A stretch of 30,848 bases of DNA. It comes from an uncultured Candidatus Rokubacteria bacterium. GTDB lineage: Bacteria > Methylomirabilota > Methylomirabilia > Rokubacteriales > CSP1-6. The notes under the pieces were generated by a model. The model searched no databases, was not told the origin of the DNA, and worked only from the letters and a program-made list of their open reading frames with translations. Below, in pieces: positions 1-8,459 of this stretch (the stretch's first letter is position 1; each line of letters opens with the position of its first letter). The translations under genes and the position numbers were made by a program. The stretch lies in NCBI GenBank assembly GCA_963789955.1, contig CAWBMV010000033.1:1-30848 (forward strand), given 5' to 3'.

Positions 1-86
1 AATGTTGCCGTGATCCACGCCGAGCACGCGCCCCCGGTCGTGCGCATGAGACCGCGGGTGGAGCGGATGGGATGGTGGCGCGGCTT

Positions 87-2537
87 ATGAGGGAGAGGGC
101 GCGGGTGGTGATTGTTGGTGGGGGGATTGCGGGGTGTAGTGTTGCGTATCATCTGGCGCGGAAGGGGTGGACGGATGTTGTGCTCGTCGACAAGGGGGAG
201 TTGACGAGCGGGTCGACGTGGCATGCCGCGGGGATGGTGACGCACTTTCATACGTCGCCGACGCTCATGCGGATGCGGAAGTACAGCATCGAGCTCTATC
301 GGCGGCTGCAGGCGGAGCCCGGATCGGCGGAGCACTGGCACGAGGTCGGGAGCCTTCGCGTCGCCTCGAGCGGCGATCAGCTTCGATTTTTCCAGCGGCA
401 GGTCGGCATGGCCCGCGCGATCGGGCTCGACGTCGACACCATCTCGCCGGCCGAATCACTTCGCATCTTCCCGTTGATGTCCGCCGAGAGCCTCCACGGC
501 GCGATGTACTTGCCGGGCGATGGCTGGCTCGATCCGAGCGGCGCGACGATGGAGCTGGCCGCGCAGGCACGCCGCCTGGGCGTCGAGCTCAACACCGGCG
601 TGCGCGTCACCGGGATCCGGCGGACATCCCGGGGCGCCGTCGCGGCCGTCGAGACGGACCACGGGGCGATCCACACGGAGATCGTCATCAATGCGGGCGG
701 GATGTGGGCGTCGCAGATCGCCGCGATGGTCGGCGTCAGTCTGCCGATCACGCCGCTGGTCCATCAGCATCTGGCGACGAAGCCGATCCCGGACCACCAG
801 CTCCCCCGCTCGACGCCGTGCCTGCGCGACCCGGAGAATCTCGTCTACATGCGTGAGGAGGTCGGCGGATTTCTCATCGGCGGCTTCGAGCGTAGCCCGG
901 TCGCGTGGTCGGTCGGCGGCGTGCCCTGGGACTTCACGCAGCAGCTCCTGCCGTCCGACTGGGAGCTGTTCAACGAGATCCTCGAGGGCGCGATCCGGCG
1001 CGTGCCGATCTTGTCAAAGGCCGAGCTGGCGCACCTGGTGAACGGCCCCGAAGGTATCACTCCCGACAGCCGCCCCTTGCTCGGTCCGGTGCCCGGCGTC
1101 CCCGGGTTCTGGGTCGCGGCGGGTCTGTCGCACACCGGCTTCGGCGCCGGCGGCGCGATCGGCCACATCGTGGCCGACTGGCTCGTCGACGGCGAGCCGC
1201 CGCACGACGTGACGGAGCTGAACGTCCGACGCTTCGGGCCGGTGTACGAGGATCGCGCATACGCCGCCGAGCGCGCGCGCGAATCGTACAAGTACTACTA
1301 CCTGCTCCGCTATCCCCACGACGAGAACGAGTGGGCCCGTGCGCGCCGCCTGAGCCCGCTCGACGCGCGACTCGGCGAAGCCGGCGCGGTGTTCGGCGAG
1401 AAGAACGGCTGGGAGCGCGCCAACTATTTCATGCCGGGCACACCCGGGCGTCGCGCGGGCACCGATCAGCGCCGCTGGGGCTGGGCGCGCGCGGCGTTCT
1501 TCGACCGCGTCGGCGCCGAGCACCGCGCCGTCCGCGAGCGGGTCGGCCTCTTCGACTTCACCTCGTTCGGCAAGCTCGACGTGAGCGGCCCGGGCGCGCT
1601 GGCGCTGCTGCAGCGGCTCGCCGACAACGACGTCGATCGCCCGGTCGGCAGCGTGATCTACACGCAGTTCCTCAACCCGCGCGGCGGAATCGAGAGTGAC
1701 CTGACCGTCACGCGCTGGGCGCCGGATCGCTTCCGGGTGACGACCGGCAGCAACTTCGTCGCGAGCGACCTCGGGTGGATCCTGATGCACCTGCCGTCCG
1801 ACGACAGCGTGCAGGTGCGCGACGTGACGGACGCGTTCGCGTGTATCGGCCTCTGGGGCCCCGACGCGCGTCGCGTGCTCCAGGCCGTCACCGCGAGCGA
1901 CGTGTCAAACGCGGCCCTTCCTTATATGTCGGCGCGACCGATCGAGATCGCCGGCGCCGCGGTCGGCGCTCAGCGAGTGACCTACGTCGGCGAGCTCGGC
2001 TGGGAGCTCTACGTCGAGAACCGCCATGCCGTCGCGGTCTGGGACGCGCTGCTGGCGGCCGGCCGGCCCTTTGCCATCGAGCCCGTCGGGTACAAGGCCG
2101 TCGACTCCTTGCGGCTCGAAAAAGGCTACCGCTACTGGAGCAGCGATCTCACGCCGGCCGAGAACCCCTACGAAGCCGGGCTCGGCTTCTGCGTGCGCCT
2201 GCAGAAGGGAGACTTCGTCGGCCGCGAGGCGCTGAGCCGGATCAAGGCCGAGGGACTCACGCGGCAGCTCTGCACGATCACACTGACGGCGGCGATGCCC
2301 GACCATTCGGATCTCTACGGGGGCGAGGCGGTGTACGCCGGCGGCCGTGTGGCGGGGCGGCTGCGGAGCGCGGGCTGGGGCTACACGGTCGCAAAGCACA
2401 TCGGCTTCGTGTACTTACCGGCGGGGCTCTCGGCGGCCGGCACGCCGCTCGAGGTGGAAGCCTTCGGCGCGCGCTTCGCGGCCGAGGTCGCGCCGGACGT
2501 GCTCTACGATCCCGCGGGCGCCCGGCTTCGCCTGTAG
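87..2537 (+). CDS. GcvT-family FAD-dependent oxidoreductase (dimethylglycine/sarcosine dehydrogenase-like)
   Basis: N-terminal VVIVGGGIAG FAD motif and GSTWHAAG; C-terminal aminomethyltransferase motifs (FDFTSFGK, TYVGELGWELY, SLRLEKGY). Start is ATG 87 or ATG 72. Confidence 0.93.
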   Translation: MRERARVVIVGGGIAGCSVAYHLARKGWTDVVLVDKGELTSGSTWHAAGMVTHFHTSPTLMRMRKYSIELYRRLQAEPGSAEHWHEVGSLRVASSGDQLRFFQRQVGMARAIGLDVDTISPAESLRIFPLMSAESLHGAMYLPGDGWLDPSGATMELAAQARRLGVELNTGVRVTGIRRTSRGAVAAVETDHGAIHTEIVINAGGMWASQIAAMVGVSLPITPLVHQHLATKPIPDHQLPRSTPCLRDPENLVYMREEVGGFLIGGFERSPVAWSVGGVPWDFTQQLLPSDWELFNEILEGAIRRVPILSKAELAHLVNGPEGITPDSRPLLGPVPGVPGFWVAAGLSHTGFGAGGAIGHIVADWLVDGEPPHDVTELNVRRFGPVYEDRAYAAERARESYKYYYLLRYPHDENEWARARRLSPLDARLGEAGAVFGEKNGWERANYFMPGTPGRRAGTDQRRWGWARAAFFDRVGAEHRAVRERVGLFDFTSFGKLDVSGPGALALLQRLADNDVDRPVGSVIYTQFLNPRGGIESDLTVTRWAPDRFRVTTGSNFVASDLGWILMHLPSDDSVQVRDVTDAFACIGLWGPDARRVLQAVTASDVSNAALPYMSARPIEIAGAAVGAQRVTYVGELGWELYVENRHAVAVWDALLAAGRPFAIEPVGYKAVDSLRLEKGYRYWSSDLTPAENPYEAGLGFCVRLQKGDFVGREALSRIKAEGLTRQLCTITLTAAMPDHSDLYGGEAVYAGGRVAGRLRSAGWGYTVAKHIGFVYLPAGLSAAGTPLEVEAFGARFAAEVAPDVLYDPAGARLRL

Positions 2538-2572
2538 CGCCGCATCGCCACGACCTCGTCCGTCGCTGCCGG

Positions 2573-2590
2573 TTGGGACCAAGGTCCGAT
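2573..2590. promoter_or_regulatory. Palindromic operator box, copy 1 (TTGGGACCAAGGTCCGAT)
   Basis: GAC-NWWG-GTC core, 37 bp upstream of the DUF3943 gene; the motif recurs in 7 other intergenic regions. Confidence 0.7.
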
Positions 2591-2627
2591 GGACGCCGCC
2601 GACTGACCCCGGCATGGTGCGCTCGCG

Positions 2628-3377
2628 GTGCACCGCTCCCTCGCCGGCTTCCTCTTACTCGTCTCCCTCTCGCTCGTGGCCATGCCTGCACGGGCCGAGA
2701 ACGATTCCGATTCGAGCGATTGGTGGATGCAAGCGGTTGCCGAGGACGCACCAGAGAAGAAGTTCCATTTACTTCCCGACGATTCGCTGCAGCCTCGAGA
2801 CTGGATCGGGCTCGCGCGCGACACCGCGTTCCTTCTCAGCTACCAGGTCGTCGGCGCCGCCATCCTCTACGTCGTCCCGGAGAGCGTCTCGCAGTGGTCC
2901 AGCAAAAACAAAGATATCAGCTTCGAGAAATGGTGGGAGAACGTGCAAAGCCCCCACTGGGATGACGATGCCTGGGCCGTGAACTACATCGGGCACCCGT
3001 ACTTCGGCGCCACCTACTACACGCGCGCCCGCGAGCGTGGCTTCGACCGCATCGACTCGTTCCTGTACGCGGCCTTTGCCTCAGCGCTCTACGAGTTCGG
3101 GGTCGAGGCGGTCTTCGAGCGGCCCTCCTACCAGGATCTGATCGTCACGCCCATCGGGGGCGCGCTGCTGGGCGGGTTCGTCTTCGAGCCGTTCAGAAAC
3201 TGGATCCGACGCAAGCCCGAGCTCAAGTGGTACGACCACGTCGGCCTGATCGCGACCGACCCGATCGGGGCGCTGAACTACATGGCGGAAAGCCTGCTCG
3301 GGATCAAGTCGGACATCCGGGTCGGGATCCCCCGAAGCGGCGGCGTGCTCGTCGAGTTCCGCATACCCTTGAAGTGA
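2628..3377 (+). CDS. DUF3943 domain-containing exported/membrane protein
   Basis: Signal peptide ending ARA; family-like motifs WDDDAWAVNYIGHPYFGATYYTRAR and YEFGVEAVFERPSYQDLIVTPIGG. Confidence 0.8.
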   Translation: MHRSLAGFLLLVSLSLVAMPARAENDSDSSDWWMQAVAEDAPEKKFHLLPDDSLQPRDWIGLARDTAFLLSYQVVGAAILYVVPESVSQWSSKNKDISFEKWWENVQSPHWDDDAWAVNYIGHPYFGATYYTRARERGFDRIDSFLYAAFASALYEFGVEAVFERPSYQDLIVTPIGGALLGGFVFEPFRNWIRRKPELKWYDHVGLIATDPIGALNYMAESLLGIKSDIRVGIPRSGGVLVEFRIPLK

Positions 3378-3386
3378 CGCCGTAAA

Positions 3387-3421
3387 GACATCGCCTGTCA
3401 CTATAATAGTGACGCGATGTC
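3387..3421. promoter_or_regulatory. Inverted repeat enclosing a perfect TATAAT -10 element and the start codon of the Rieske gene
   Basis: GACATCGC-CT-GTCACTAT-A-ATAGTGAC-GCGATGTC; TATAAT at 3402-3407, ATG at 3417. Confidence 0.65.
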
Positions 3422-4682
3422 GACTCCGTTCCTCACGTCTTCACAGCGCGCCGACGCCCGCGCGCTGCTCGAGCGTCTGATCGCCGAGCACACGCCGGGT
3501 CACGCTCTCCAGCGCGAGTTCCAGACCGATCCCGGCATCTACCAGCTCGACCTCGAGCGTATCTGGCGGCGCGGGTGGCTCTTCGCCGGCCACACCTGTC
3601 AGGTGAAGGCGCCGGGCGACTACTTCGTCTTCGACCTCGACACCGACTCGATCATCGTCATCCGCGGTGACGACGGACACATCGCCGCACTCCACAACAC
3701 CTGCCGTCATCGGGGAATGAAGGTCTGTCAGACCCAGTCCGGGCACGTCGCGCGGATCGTCTGCCCGTATCACCAGTGGTCCTATGCGCGCGACGGCGCG
3801 CTCGTGGCGTGCGGCGGGATGGACAAGGACGGCGACCTCGATCGCAGCGACTACGGACTGCACCGCGTGCACGCCCGTGAAGTCGGCGGATTGATCTTCG
3901 TTTGCCTGGCCGACGATCCGCCCCCGTTCGAGGGCGCCGCGGAAGCGCTCGGCGCGCTCCTGCGCCCGCAAGGGCTCGAGCGCGCGCGGATCGCCGCGAG
4001 CCGGAGCTACGAGGTCCACGCGAACTGGAAGCTCGTCTGGGAAAACAACCGCGAGTGCTGGCACTGCAACGCGAACCACCCGCAGTACGTCAAGGCCAAC
4101 TACGACAACGCGCCGATCGACGACCCGGCGCTCAAGCACGAGATCGAGACGCAGGCCCGGGCGACGTCCGATCGCCTGGAGGCCGACGGGCTTCGGATCG
4201 ACTATCAAGAGGCGGGCATGGTGCGCTTCCCGTCGCCCGACTACTGGTGGTCGATCAATCGCACGCCGCTGGTGCCCGGCTGGGTGAGCGAGTCGATGGA
4301 CGGTCGGCCCGTCGCGCCGCTGATGGGCTCGTACCGGACGCGCGACGTTGGCACCTTGCGCATGCGGACGATGCCCAACTTCTGGAACCACTCGAGCGCC
4401 GATCACGCCGTGTCCACACGGCTCGCGCCGGCCGGGCCGCAAAAGACGCTCGTGCAGGTACAGTGGCTCGTTCACGAGGACGCCGTCGAAGGGAAGGACT
4501 ACATACTGGACGCGCTGCTCCCGTTCTGGGAGCTCACCAGCGAGCAGGACTGGGACCTCTGCGAGAAGAACCAGGCCGGCGTCAACTCCTCGGCATTCAC
4601 GCCCGGCCCCTACTCCACGAAGCGCGAATACAACGTGATTCGCTACACGCAGTGGTACCTCCACCAGATCACCGGACAATAG
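3417..4682 (+). CDS. Rieske non-heme iron oxygenase alpha subunit, GbcA/choline monooxygenase-like (quaternary amine demethylase)
   Basis: Rieske motif CRH...CPYHQW; mononuclear iron motif NWKLVWENNRECWHCNANHP; C-terminal EQDWDLCEKNQAGVNSSAFTPGPYS. Confidence 0.9.
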   Translation: MSTPFLTSSQRADARALLERLIAEHTPGHALQREFQTDPGIYQLDLERIWRRGWLFAGHTCQVKAPGDYFVFDLDTDSIIVIRGDDGHIAALHNTCRHRGMKVCQTQSGHVARIVCPYHQWSYARDGALVACGGMDKDGDLDRSDYGLHRVHAREVGGLIFVCLADDPPPFEGAAEALGALLRPQGLERARIAASRSYEVHANWKLVWENNRECWHCNANHPQYVKANYDNAPIDDPALKHEIETQARATSDRLEADGLRIDYQEAGMVRFPSPDYWWSINRTPLVPGWVSESMDGRPVAPLMGSYRTRDVGTLRMRTMPNFWNHSSADHAVSTRLAPAGPQKTLVQVQWLVHEDAVEGKDYILDALLPFWELTSEQDWDLCEKNQAGVNSSAFTPGPYSTKREYNVIRYTQWYLHQITGQ

Positions 4683-4853
4683 ACAAAGCCTCTTGATTCG
4701 CCCGTCGTAGCCGGTGCGCGGCGCCACACTCGCTCTCGCACGCGACGGCGCGATGCCTGGCGCGACACCCTAAGCTCGCGCCGAACAATCGCGCGTCGAC
4801 CAATCAGCTGCAGCAGGGAATCGTCGCAACCCTCACCCGCCGCGACCGACATC

Positions 4854-5025
4854 ATCGGGGCGGCGCCGGGTCAGGGGTAGTGAGGGGGGTGCCTGGACCC
4901 GTTCCCTCCAAGTGCGCATCGGCCGTGGCGCGCCCAGATGGAGCCCAGCCACCCCGGAGCAGCGCAAGCGTGCCGCGTGGTCGCAGGCACCCCCCTCACT
5001 ACCCCTGACCCGGCGCCGCCCCGAT
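4854..5025. repeat. 172-bp element with perfect 42-bp terminal inverted repeats (MITE/REP-like), between convergent genes
   Basis: 4854-4895 (ATCGGGGCGGCGCCGGGTCAGGGGTAGTGAGGGGGGTGCCTG) is the exact reverse complement of 4984-5025; 88-bp spacer. Confidence 0.85.
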
Positions 5026-5032
5026 AGGTCGC

Positions 5033-5683
5033 TCACGGCCCAGTAAAGGGTGGAACGACCGACACCCCGTCCGGCAGCAGAATCTTGATAGAAGCGCGAC
5101 GCCGCGCGTCGTCGAGCCACTTCACCTGAGCTTCCACCGCCGCCTGACGGATCAGCCTGTCGCGCACGCGCTCCCGCGCGTCGTCGTCGTGCTGCCCCGC
5201 GCCGAGCTCGCGCGTCACCGTCTCCTCGTCCGGGAAGATGAACGCGGCGAATCGCGCGTCGAGGAACTTCGACTTCACGATGTCTTCCCCGACCATCACG
5301 CGCGCCCAGTCGCGGTCGATGGCCTTGTCCTCGAGCCAGCGCGTCAGCGCCGCCTCGCCGCCGGCGCGGGCGGCGACCGCGGCCCACGCGGTGTCGACCG
5401 CGGCCGGCTCGGCCTCGACGCCGATCTTGGCGGCTTCGGCGAGGATCAGCAAAACGTCGACGAAGCGATCGACGTCGATGCGTGTGATCGGCGCGCTCGA
5501 CGGCACGAAGCCGAACACGGCCAGCGCGCGCGCCAGCGCGATGTCGCTCGCCGAGATCGTGCGCGCGTCGACCTGCGCGAGCAGCGTGTCCACGGGCTCG
5601 GCGCGAGCGAACGAGACGTGAAGAAGAGCCAGCAGCATCGCCACCGCCACGAAGCGGGTGCGCGGCAGCGGCCGCACGTTCAC
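5033..5683 (-). CDS. SurA N-terminal-domain-like periplasmic chaperone without a PPIase domain
   Basis: GTG start 1 bp after the Omp85 stop; signal peptide ending ARA; VDTLLAQVDARTISASDI and WLDDARRRASIKIL resemble the SurA N- and C-terminal segments. Confidence 0.65.
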   Translation of the reverse strand: MNVRPLPRTRFVAVAMLLALLHVSFARAEPVDTLLAQVDARTISASDIALARALAVFGFVPSSAPITRIDVDRFVDVLLILAEAAKIGVEAEPAAVDTAWAAVAARAGGEAALTRWLEDKAIDRDWARVMVGEDIVKSKFLDARFAAFIFPDEETVTRELGAGQHDDDARERVRDRLIRQAAVEAQVKWLDDARRRASIKILLPDGVSVVPPFTGP

Positions 5684-5684
5684 A

Positions 5685-8459
5685 TCAGAACGCCTGGCCA
5701 ACCGTGAGATAGACCTGAATGCGATCGTCGTTGCGAACCTGGCGGAGCCCGTAGCCGACGTCGAGGCGAATCGGGCCGATCGGCGTGGTGATTCGCAATC
5801 CGCTGCCGACCCCGGGGAAGAATTCCGACCACGCGAAGTCGGACACGGTCTGGGTGACCAGGCCCGTGTCGAAGAAGACAACCCCGCCGAGCCAGCGATA
5901 GATCGGAAAGCGGTATTCGACGTTCGTGATGATCGAGAGATCGCCGCCTCGCGGATTGCCGCCGTCGTCGAGCGGACCGACCTTGTCCAGCTTGTAGCCG
6001 CGAACGGTCGTGCTGCCGCCGGCCTTGAACCGATCCTCGATCACCAGGTCCGCGGTGCCGCCGTACGGGGCCGCGATCCCGAAGCGAGTCGAGAGTGCCA
6101 GCACGGTCCGGGCCGGCAAGGAAACGAGCCAGGAGTCCTCGAGCCGAAACTTCACAAAGCTGACGTCGCCGCCGAGCGCGGAGCTTCCGATCTCGAGTCC
6201 GGCAAAATGATAGCTGCCCGCGTGCGGATCGGCGGGCTGATCGCGAAGCTCGAGCGTGAGGAACCCCTGTACGCTCGTGACCAGGTCGTCCGGCCTCCGT
6301 ATGGCGCCGTCCGCGATGAGGTCGGGGTCGATCTGAAAGCGGTGGAACTGCTCGATCCGGTAGCGGAATCCGCCGCGCAGGCTCTTGGGATGGTCCGTCG
6401 GCTCCTCCGGGATGAAGAGGCGGGGCAGGAGATCGCGCTGCAGGGTGGCCGTCGCGCCGTAACTGTCACGAAGGTAGCCAACCTCCTGCTTCTCTTCGAC
6501 GAACGCGATGGCTTCGCCTTGCCACTGGGAGTCCAGAACCCAGGGCTCGCGATAGGCGAGCTCGCCCCGATATCCCTTCTCGCTGATGCGCGTCATGAGC
6601 GAGGCGCTCCGCCCGGTTCCGAACAGATTGTCATACGCCAGCGTCAAGAACCCGCGAAAGCCTTCTTCCGTGGCGTAGCCCGCGCCGAGCTCGAAGCGCC
6701 ACGGCTTCGCCTCTCGCAGGGACACCCGAACGTCGCGGATGGGCGAGCTCGGATCGCCGAGAGGCTCGACGTCGACGCGGTCGAAGAGGCGGGTCGCATC
6801 CAGGCGGCGCCGCGCCTCCGAGAGCGTGACCGCGGTGAGCGGCTCGCCCGACGAGAACTTGAGCTCGCGCTCCACGACGTAGGGCCTGGTGGTCGTCAGG
6901 CCAGAGACCAGGATCTGGCCGATCTGCGTGAGCTCGCCCTCCCGCACGGCATAGGCGACCGATACCGACCCGTCCTTGTCCGCCGAGTTCAGGCCCACGA
7001 CGGTGCCGCGATATCCCCGGCGCTGATAGAGCTGCTCCAGCTTGTGGCGCGCGTCCTCGGCACGCGTGGCGTCCCACGGATCGCCGGCCTTGAATCCGAT
7101 GGTCTTCATGACGGTCTGGGTTTCGAGGGCACGGTTGCCCGTGAGGGTGACCGAGGCGACCATTCGTCTCGGCCCCTCGACCACTGGAACGACGATCCGC
7201 GCCTTGGTCCGGTCGTCGCTGAAGGTCACCCGCGGCGGCCCGATCTGCGCCGACGCAAATCCCTCGGTGCGGTAGTAGTGCTGGACGAGTCGCACGTCCT
7301 GTTCAAGCTGCTCCTGATTGAACAGTCCGCGAAAGATGCCGATCGGCACCAGGCCGGCGGGGCGCGTCTGCATCTGTTCGGCGACCTGCTTGTCGGTTAG
7401 GGTGGCCAGCCCTTCGAAGGTGAGGCTTTCGACGACGACACGCGGGCCCTCCTCGATGTGGAACTTCACCGCGCGTCCGCTGGCGTCGCCGAGCAGCGTC
7501 CCCGTCACCTCGACGAAGTGATAGCCTGCCTCGTGGTAGGCCTTCTCGATCTGATCGGCGCCGGCCCTGACCTCGACGTCGTCGACGATCCGGTCGTCGC
7601 CGAAGACCAGGCGCTCGCGGAGCTGCGCCTCGGTGAGTGCCTCCCGACCGATGAACTCCACCACCGTCAGCGGGCCCTCGATCACCTCCAGGGTGAGATC
7701 GACCTTGTTCGTCGCGGCATCGAAGGCGGGCTCGCGCGACGACACGCGCGATTCGAAGAAACCCTGCGTGTGAAGCGCTTCCTCGAGCGCGCGCAGGCCG
7801 TCGCGAAACTTGCGCTCTTTGAACTTGTCGCCCGGGCCGAGGTCGAGCGCCTTGCGGAGCGGCTTTTCCTCGGCGCGCGCGAGCCCGGTGATCTCCAGCC
7901 GACCGACGCGAGCCTCCTTGGCGGCATCGACGACCATCGTCACCGCCCGGCTGTTGGTCACCGGGTTCTCGCGAACATCAAGGCTCACCGTCGCGGCCAG
8001 ATAGCCCTCTCGACGCAGGCGCGCAAGGACTTCGTTCCGCGCGCGCTCGAGACGTGCAGGCTCGGCCGGGCCTCCAAGCGCCAGCGCCGCCGCACCGGCG
8101 AGGTCGGGCGCGTCGACCCCAAGGTTACCGACCCACGTCAGGCTCTCGAGAAACGGTCGCCGCGAGACACGGAAGCGAAGCCGGACGCCGCCGGGCTCCT
8201 CGACCGACTCGACCTCGACGCCGTCGAAGATTCCGAGCGCCCATAGCCGGTCGAGGCTCTCTCGGACTCGCGCGCGGGAGAACGGATGGCCCGGAAGATC
8301 CGTCAGGAACTGATCGACCGGAGGCCCGTTGAGCTGATGCCGCGAGACCACCTCGACGGCCGTCACCATGGGAGGCGGCGGCCCGGGGCTCGACCTGGCG
8401 AGCGAGGGCACGAGCGCGATGACGGTGACCACGAGGGCCGCCGCGAGGCGGCGGATCAT
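5685..8459 (-). CDS. bamA: Omp85-family outer membrane assembly protein (BamA/TamA-like) with about 7 POTRA repeats
   Basis: Signal peptide; repeated POTRA ends (VIEGP, IEEGP, VVEGP, VREGE); barrel motifs GGSTTVRGY and TPIGPIRLDVGY; terminal Phe; ATGA overlap with tamB. Confidence 0.88.
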   Translation of the reverse strand: MIRRLAAALVVTVIALVPSLARSSPGPPPPMVTAVEVVSRHQLNGPPVDQFLTDLPGHPFSRARVRESLDRLWALGIFDGVEVESVEEPGGVRLRFRVSRRPFLESLTWVGNLGVDAPDLAGAAALALGGPAEPARLERARNEVLARLRREGYLAATVSLDVRENPVTNSRAVTMVVDAAKEARVGRLEITGLARAEEKPLRKALDLGPGDKFKERKFRDGLRALEEALHTQGFFESRVSSREPAFDAATNKVDLTLEVIEGPLTVVEFIGREALTEAQLRERLVFGDDRIVDDVEVRAGADQIEKAYHEAGYHFVEVTGTLLGDASGRAVKFHIEEGPRVVVESLTFEGLATLTDKQVAEQMQTRPAGLVPIGIFRGLFNQEQLEQDVRLVQHYYRTEGFASAQIGPPRVTFSDDRTKARIVVPVVEGPRRMVASVTLTGNRALETQTVMKTIGFKAGDPWDATRAEDARHKLEQLYQRRGYRGTVVGLNSADKDGSVSVAYAVREGELTQIGQILVSGLTTTRPYVVERELKFSSGEPLTAVTLSEARRRLDATRLFDRVDVEPLGDPSSPIRDVRVSLREAKPWRFELGAGYATEEGFRGFLTLAYDNLFGTGRSASLMTRISEKGYRGELAYREPWVLDSQWQGEAIAFVEEKQEVGYLRDSYGATATLQRDLLPRLFIPEEPTDHPKSLRGGFRYRIEQFHRFQIDPDLIADGAIRRPDDLVTSVQGFLTLELRDQPADPHAGSYHFAGLEIGSSALGGDVSFVKFRLEDSWLVSLPARTVLALSTRFGIAAPYGGTADLVIEDRFKAGGSTTVRGYKLDKVGPLDDGGNPRGGDLSIITNVEYRFPIYRWLGGVVFFDTGLVTQTVSDFAWSEFFPGVGSGLRITTPIGPIRLDVGYGLRQVRNDDRIQVYLTVGQAF

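Noticed and set aside
4643..4855. 70-aa minus-strand ORF and GC-rich spacer next to the inverted-repeat element, considered as a transposase remnant
   Set aside because: No transposase or HTH motifs recognised; it overlaps the 3' end of the Rieske gene.
5684..5881. N-terminal extensions given by the ORF track (5881, and likewise 13866, 14931, 17469, 22591, 26429)
   Set aside because: They overlap neighbouring genes or operator regions; downstream starts fit the RBS and/or signal peptide better.
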